From the NCBI RefSeq assembly GCF_011386835.1, contig NC_088812.1, forward strand, positions 372,001 to 436,000: a DNA stretch of 64,000 nucleotides, read 5' to 3'. Under the pieces are notes generated by a model that was given only the letters and a program-made list of their open reading frames with translations, was not told where the DNA came from and did not search any database. Positions 57,198-64,000 of this stretch are shown piece after piece. This stretch comes from Chrysemys picta bellii (lineage: Eukaryota). How positions within the stretch are numbered: position 1 is the first letter of the stretch; the number at the start of each line of letters is the position of its first letter. Made by a program: the position numbers and the translations under genes.

Positions 57198-60100
57198 TAC
57201 TAAAAGCGAGTGCTTTGGTCACGGTACAGAGCAAGTGTTCATAAACTTAGGTCCAAGTGAGAGAGAATGAATTTTAGAGGGAAAAGTTCTCTTGAGCTGT
57301 GTTAACTAAGTGGTATTTCAGAACCGTACAGCCAGTTAGGCTTTCTGCTGTTAGAAGATCTGCACGCAAATTATCGCCCCCTTAGAAGCCCGAATAACAT
57401 CATTCTGAATAAATGAATCAGTCATCTTTATAACTTTGTTTGGGTGCCCTCCTTTATCTCAGACACAGCAGGTCTTCAACATCTGATAAGGTTATGGAGA
57501 GACTTTTTTTAATCTTGTTCTGTATGAGATCCGGATGTAATTTTTATTTTAAAGTGATTTTTAGTGCTAGACTAAAATGCAGGATTGACAGCCCTGGAGA
57601 CTGAAGTCTCCTCACTGCAATCTTTTTCCCTGTGTGGCGCCTGAGGACGAGAGAGATGTGATTAAAACTTATTTGATGTAAATGTCCTGCTGTGTTCTTG
57701 ATAAAGGCCATTAGGGATTCTTTCATTCATCATGTTTATTCTCATTGTCTTTTTGTCTCCTGAGAATGAAATGGCATGATCCAAAAAATCTATTTCTGTT
57801 AACACTCCCATCTGTGCTTGATAAACGCTATTCCCTGCAAAGGTCATGGGGAACATCCACTCATAATTATTTTATGTAGGTTGTTTCTGCATTTTCCTTG
57901 CTCCAGGAAGGTGAGATGACACATTGGCTCTTTCCAGGTCAACAGTATCAATCTGGTATTATCCTCCTGAAAATGACAGAAAATTATAAAGTTTAAAAAA
58001 AGCAAACCAAAAAACCCCACTAGAGAATGTATTGCATGAATGCACAGCTTAACTCCACTACAATTTCTGACAAATAGTCAGGCATCATTGAATTTCTTTG
58101 TGCAGATGTATTGTACCTGATGAACGTAATTATAGCACAGAATTGTTTAAGTAGATCTCTTGGGAGGCGTTTGTTCGACAGACATAGCACACCAGTCTTA
58201 CGTTTTGTTTAGAGAGCAGTTAAGTCTCTATTTCCTTCAGAATCTTTAACTCTGGAATTAAAATTTTATGCAATATAAACCTGTGATTGGAATTTGTTTA
58301 AAGAAAATGCTTCGTTATAGTCTCCTGTCCTCAGGGAACCTGCTAAAGGTTAGCGTTTTAGATAGACGATCTTTGGTTAGTTTTGGACACTTTACTTGCT
58401 TGTGATTCTCTTCCGAGTAAAAAGGAAAATAGATTGAAGACAGCTAGAGGTGATTTATTATTTGTGAATAAACCAGCATTGCAAAATCTTATACCATTAC
58501 AAAAGTTACAATGGGTGAATAAAATGTGTAGGTTAAACTAGTTTTCACTATAATCCTGATATTTTGATTTGTATTATAGCAGTGTTTAGAGGGCCCCATT
58601 GTGCCAGGCTCTGCACAAATACATAGTGAGAGACAGTACCTGTCTTGAAGAGCTTCTGATTGAAATAGACAAGGCAGAGTTGGTGAAAGAAAGGATTATT
58701 AATCCCATTGGAGACAGGGGAGCTGAGGCACAGGGAGTAAGTGTCTTGCCTAGAGCTGCACAGGGTGTCCATGGCAGAACAAGTTGACCCCCAGTTTAGT
58801 GCTTTAACCTCAAGATCATCAGTTGGCAAGTACGTTTTGTGCTTGGACTAATAAACTGTCCTACATTTAGCAGAGCTGTGATAACCAAATTATTTAGTTT
58901 CACTTTGCAGGCTTGTGAAATTCACTGTAACAACTTCATACTCCAGAAGCTTTTAACAGCATGAAGGTCATGATACAAACCGACTACTCAGGGACTTTAA
59001 CATTAAAGCTTATGATCCCTTCCTAACTCGGGTGCCTTTCCTGTTTTTAGCATGAGTGTGCAAATTAAGGCTGAACCTTCTTGTATGTGTGTTGGTGCAA
59101 CGGGAGGTAATATGACGCATTTACCAGCAGGGTTAGAATGATGCTTGGAAGTAAACATGCACTCAGGGTGATGCAAACATGTATTTTGGAAGAATGCTGT
59201 ATTTTGATAGCAAATGTATTGTGCAAATATACTGTTTACAATAGGCTGGAGCAGCTTAGTTTAATTAGATAAACAATATTCATTTTCCCCTCTGAAATGT
59301 GCCTTCATAAATGCTAAGAAAACAAATGGTCTTCTGCCCCGAGGCACAAGAGACACAACAAGCCTCTCTGGGGTAAATGGCTTACTCATAATCTTGCATT
59401 AATCTTAAATAAAACACAGAACAGATTCTGAACTGATACACAGCTCCCGTTGTGTGCTCGCTCTCGCTTCTCCCACTCCACCTCTAAGGAATACATATTA
59501 AACAAAGTAGAAGGTGGGATAAATATGCATACCCCTTTAATTTAGCAACACCACTCCCATTACTGCTAGTGTCTTTGTGTTAAAGCACATCATCACATTC
59601 ATTCCTCAGAAGGAATATAAACTACCATGGCTCTCAAATATAGTCACAGGGCTGTAGTCAGAAGTCAGTCCCTCATTCTTCCTCTCTGCCACTCTCTGGC
59701 AGCTTTCCTACAGGCCTGGTTCTGAGGTTAGTACTAGTCCAGCTAAAGATACAGAAACAATTCTCTACTCAATTAAATTCCTTGCATAATGACACAGATG
59801 TAGGGTACTGGCAATTCCTTCAGCTGAAGGGATCCAATTGATTGAACTTTGGGGTGGTGGGGGGAAATGCCCCATTGTTGGGGAAATCCCAAGGACTTGA
59901 AGCAAGAAAGAAAAGTGTTTTATGCTCTGTTTCAGTCAGTGGAAGACGATTGTACTGGGAACTGCTTGAATGAAATCTGATATCGTTTGACAGATTTATT
60001 TTACTTAAAAACCAAGCTATCCTCTTTCAGCCCCTAAAAATAAACAAAACTTAGCCAAGCAGAAGACTGAGTCATACTGGCTTAAGACAAAAATCAACCA

Positions 60101-61093
60101 TATATTTTTGTCACTGGTTGGGTCACCAAAACCAGACAGTCTTTTGGAGAATCATTGAGGTGTGGCTGTTTGGCAGTGACTGGTTAGCTTGCTGTCAGTG
60201 AATTTTTTTTCCTCTTGTTTCTTCATGACATGGCAGCTTCCTGCAATGTCTCATCCAAGGCAAGGGCTGCCACAAGCTTTTGTGGGTAGTTCTGGGGTCT
60301 TGAGGAGGAAGCTCATTTCCTTCCCCTCTCTGAATATCGACGACGGGCTCCTATCTCCTTGCTGAGATGTGAATGTTGCATGTAATGGCGAACACTTAAA
60401 ATTCCAACGAGCACTGAGACATCTCTAAACTCCACTGGCCCACCAGTGCAAGCAGGAATCACTATAACTCCAATAGGAATGTGGTGTCTCTTTCCACAAG
60501 CTCACTCCTTCTAGTGACACTTGGATTTTTGCATTTCGCTTCATGGTCTCTCTTCATGCGTGGTGCTGTCAACATGGTCTCCATTGCTGCTAACATCTTC
60601 GCTCTTGTTGCTGCATGAGCTGCTGCTGCTGTTCTTAAGCGCCTCTATTTCCCCGTTAGTTGCTTTGCCCTCTCCCACTCTTGCTCGTTTTCTTGCCACC
60701 CACGGCTTCTGATTCCCTCTGTGCTAAGTGGCCTTACTTTCCTAACTTCAGAGCCTACTTCTTCCCTGAGTTACCTCTGCTGATCTCGCTGAGTCTCTCC
60801 GGGGCTTCTTGCACCTGAATTGCTGTACCTGTGGCTTGACTGAGTTGGTCTTTATAGTGCACGCAGAGAGAAAAGGGGCTTAAAGCGCCATTTGCACCTG
60901 TATAATGCTATAAATCCAAGATGTCAGAGTGGCATTTGCTTCCTGTGCAGATGCAGTTCATCTGTAAAATATTTGCTAATGAGGGAGCATTTCTGGAGCC
61001 ATATTTGGAGTATGTGGTAGCAAAAGTTCTTTTATCCCCTCAAACTTTTGCATCTGATGTTGCCCTCTTCTGTCCCTGAGCATTCCCCCAAAC

Positions 61094-61351
61094 CAGTGGT
61101 CGCCAACCTTTCCCATGGGGTGGGCGCCGGACTGGCCACTGGACAAGCAGCCGCTGAAATGCCACCATGAAGCAGCGTCATCAAGAGGCGTTGCCGCTGA
61201 AATGCCACCATGAAGCAGCGTCATCAAGAGGCGTTGCCACCGAAATGCCGCTGAATTTTGGCGGCTGCTTGTCCAGCGGCCAGTAGGCAGGTGCACATGG
61301 ATGCCCCGATGGGCGCCATGGCGCCCACGAGTACCGCGTTGGGGACTCCTG
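61094..61351. mobile_element. hAT MITE (258 bp) with an internal 43-bp duplication
   Basis: Termini CAGTGGTCGCCAAC and GTTGGGGACTCCTG. Perfect TSD CCCCAAAC. The duplicated unit starts at 61150 and 61193. Confidence 0.9.
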
Positions 61352-62379
61352 CCCCAAACTACTAAAAAGAATTTAACATTCTCGCTCGCTCTCGCTCTCT
61401 TATTCATATATTCGCTCACTCGCTCACTCTTAGGCTCTTCCACTGACCCTCCTACAGCAATGAACTACAGCTTGACCTCTAGTGACCAGATGCCCATCTT
61501 TCAGGGCATGAGTGCTCTCACCTGGCTTACAATGCCCAAATGGTAAGTTACCTCAATTAAGCTCTTCAGCTTCTGAAACCAGGAGATTTATTGACTTCAG
61601 GCTAAACAACTTCCTTTTCCTGTGTGCCTCTCCCTGAATGCTTCAGGAGAACCAGCAGCTATTGCTTATTGAAAGTCCAACTGCCACACCTACCCTGCCT
61701 TAGGGTCCCAAGATCTTGCAGGGTTTCACTGGTAGGATGCTCATGCTGATAATGGTTGGACCAAGCACAGTCTTTCCCCTTTCATAGCAATTGCTGTGTC
61801 CAGCATTTCTCTCTGGAGATGGAAGACTGGGTGTCCGGAAGGCAGCAAAGCTTGACTTACTTTGAAAGAAGTAAGAAGCTCTCCCTCACCTTTGTTTGGG
61901 GTGCTGAAGTTCTCCCTGGACATGAGCCCTTGAAGTTAAGTAGGTAGCAGCACCACCTTTGAGGCATGTGCACCTACAGGGTGCTTCAGGAGAGGCACGC
62001 AGAGAAAACAGAAGTGGAGAAACGGGCACATGAGATCCGAATCTCTCCCTCTAACATCTGTGTTCTCCTTTATTATCTGAAAGAGCATTAGGACCTTGCC
62101 ATCCCTAATTATAAATAATCTGAAGACTGACTTGTTCCGGTCCCCTGCTGTTGTCCTTCACGGCTAGAGGAGAGAACCACCTCCTGAGTTTTGAAATGCT
62201 ACAAGCTGGTAGTGCTAGTCTTTCTGCCATGATCACTTCACAGGTCTCCTGGGACGAGGGCACACTTCTGTTGATTAATCCTTCTTCAACTTCCCCCTCT
62301 TTAGGGGTGTGCCACGGTTTCTCTCTTTAAAGCACACAGGTATGATGCTGTTAACGTGACATAACATCCTGTGGTCCAG

Positions 62380-62620
62380 AGGGAAAAGCACTGGACTCGG
62401 GACTTGGGAGATCGGTGCTTTACTCCGAGCTCTGCCGCTGACCTGTGTGACCTTGGGGAAGTCACTTACCCTCTGTGACTTCCCCTCATGCTCTTTTGTC
62501 TATTTAGGCTGTAAGCATTTTGCAGCAGGGCCCCTCTCACTACATGGCACAGTGCGTAGCTCAAGGGGGGGCCCTGATTTGGGGTTCTAGATGCTGTTGT
62601 AAGATTAATAATACCCCAGT
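62380..62620 (+). mobile_element. MIR/CORE-like SINE (representative; others near 6120-6260, 24885-25040, 34970-35150, 56080-56300, 58545-58850 and 62960-63170)
   Basis: A tRNA-like head followed by CTGTGTGACCTTGGGGAAGTCACTTACCCTCTGTG. The minus-strand copies contain the core ACAGATGGAAACTGAGGCACAGAG. Confidence 0.65.
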
Positions 62621-64000
62621 ACTCCTTGACTGTTAATAGTACTGCTATTAAGCTTAGGCCATTATTGTTTTTAAAAAAAAGCACATGCTTATTTTATCAG
62701 TCACCAAATCACAACTGGGGTGGCTGCAACATTTCTGTGAAGGGTGTAAATGCGAAGGGGAGACAGAAACTGACTAGGGAGGTGCAGGAGTGTGAAACCA
62801 GGGGATAAAAGAGAACTAGGAGACAAAGGGAGAAGAGGTGGGATTTCCTAATGGCTGAGATGTACATATTCTATGGTACTGGTATGGACTCGCAGTTCCA
62901 TTGTGTTCGAGCACCTCACAAGCTTTACAGTTATCCTTGCAAGCCCCGTGAGAGGCAGGGCAGTGCTGTTGTCCCCATTTCACAGATGGAAACTGAGGCA
63001 CAGAGACTAGTATTTAGGCACCTAACAGCCATTGACTTCAGTGGGAGTTGCATATCTAAATACCTTTTGAAGATTGGGCCTGAGTGACTTATCCAGGGTC
63101 ATGCAGGGAGCTGGGGCAGAGCAGACAGTTGAACCCAGGTCTTCTGGGCTAGCACCCTAATGCCTGGACCATCCTTCTGTCAGCTTGTGCAGTAGTGGAA
63201 ATGGTGGCAGCCCGTTTCCTTGAGCCACTGGAACTTGTGCAGAGTCTGGGAGAATGCAGTGCAGGGCACGGTCTCTGCCCTGGGTGGAGGGAAAGCTAGA
63301 CTGGGCCTAGGAGGGAATTTCTCCTTCATTCCAGTGAAACTAAACAAACACTGAAACAAATTTCTATACCATTCACGGCTTTTGTGGAGTGCCTCTCGCA
63401 AAAATAGCTGGTGGGAATTGGGTGCCTTTGTTAATCTTAATGCTAATGGCTTCTAATTAAAAAGTAAAGCAAGGCCGGTGCTGGTTGTTTTAGCAGTGAT
63501 GTAGTACTCTGTATGCCAGAGATGCTCTCCAAAATGGCCCATTCAGTTGCATTAAGATATAAGAATGGCCATACTGGGTCAAACCAATGGTCCATCGAGC
63601 CCAGAATCCTGTCTTCTGACAGTGGCCAATGGTAGATGCTTCAGAGGGAATGAACAGAATGGGCAATTATCGAGTGGTCCGTCCCCTGTTGTCCACTCCC
63701 AGCTTTTGGCTGTTACAGGCTAGGGACACCCGGAACATGAGGGTTGCATCCCTGACCATCTTGGCTAATAGTCGTTGATGGACGTATCCTCCATGAACTT
63801 CTTTTTTGAACCCAAAATCCTGCATAGCCCTTTACTCAAGAAACTAACTGATCTCAATGAACCACCAAGAACTGTCTGTCATGGCATAATTCAGATACCT
63901 GCGTGTGACACGGTTTTGCTTGTCTCTGATTAAATGTTTTCAATGCCTGAGTAGTTAGATACCCCCTTCTACTGTCCAAAATAGAAGTCAAATGTTGAGT

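Noticed and set aside
60470-60850. Purine-rich, coding-looking minus-strand stretch (possible gag or retrocopy relic)
   Set aside because: All three frames contain stops within ~60 codons and I recognise no motif. A BLASTX search would settle it.
55398-64000. PIN1 exons 3-4
   Set aside because: No [24 protein letters not shown]-like segment was found; they presumably lie beyond 64000.

Overview
Vertebrate nuclear DNA, most likely a turtle. This is inferred from the repeat set (CR1 LINE tail types, hAT/Harbinger/Tigger MITEs, a Penelope 3' end) and from a GC-rich, microchromosome-like composition. It contains five genes, and the FBXL12-UBL5-PIN1 block is syntenic with human 19p13.2. (1) A divergent LMX1-family LIM-homeobox gene on the minus strand: only the 187-nt first-LIM exon (9393-9579) is certain, and a large CpG island (~18.1-21.7 kb) is its probable promoter. 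(2) A complete 6-exon, 208-aa type II C-type lectin closely resembling chicken hepatic lectin (minus, 33370->27721). (3) FBXL12 (minus, 3 coding exons). (4) UBL5 (plus, 4 coding exons), head-to-head with FBXL12 and carrying two U12-type introns. (5) PIN1 exons 1-2 (plus), with a GC donor after exon 2. About 9 kb between the lectin and FBXL12 is a transposon cluster: a solo LTR, a CR1 fused head-to-head to a 1.05-kb decayed 28S rRNA fragment, a Harbinger Myb/SANT relic and a young CR1. The most unusual observations are the CR1-28S junction, a minimal hammerhead-ribozyme motif in a Penelope fragment, and a symmetric CRE-like/X-box/CRE-like palindrome in the LMX1-like intron. There is no CRISPR array or prokaryotic system. 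All coordinates were read by eye; no database searches were run.
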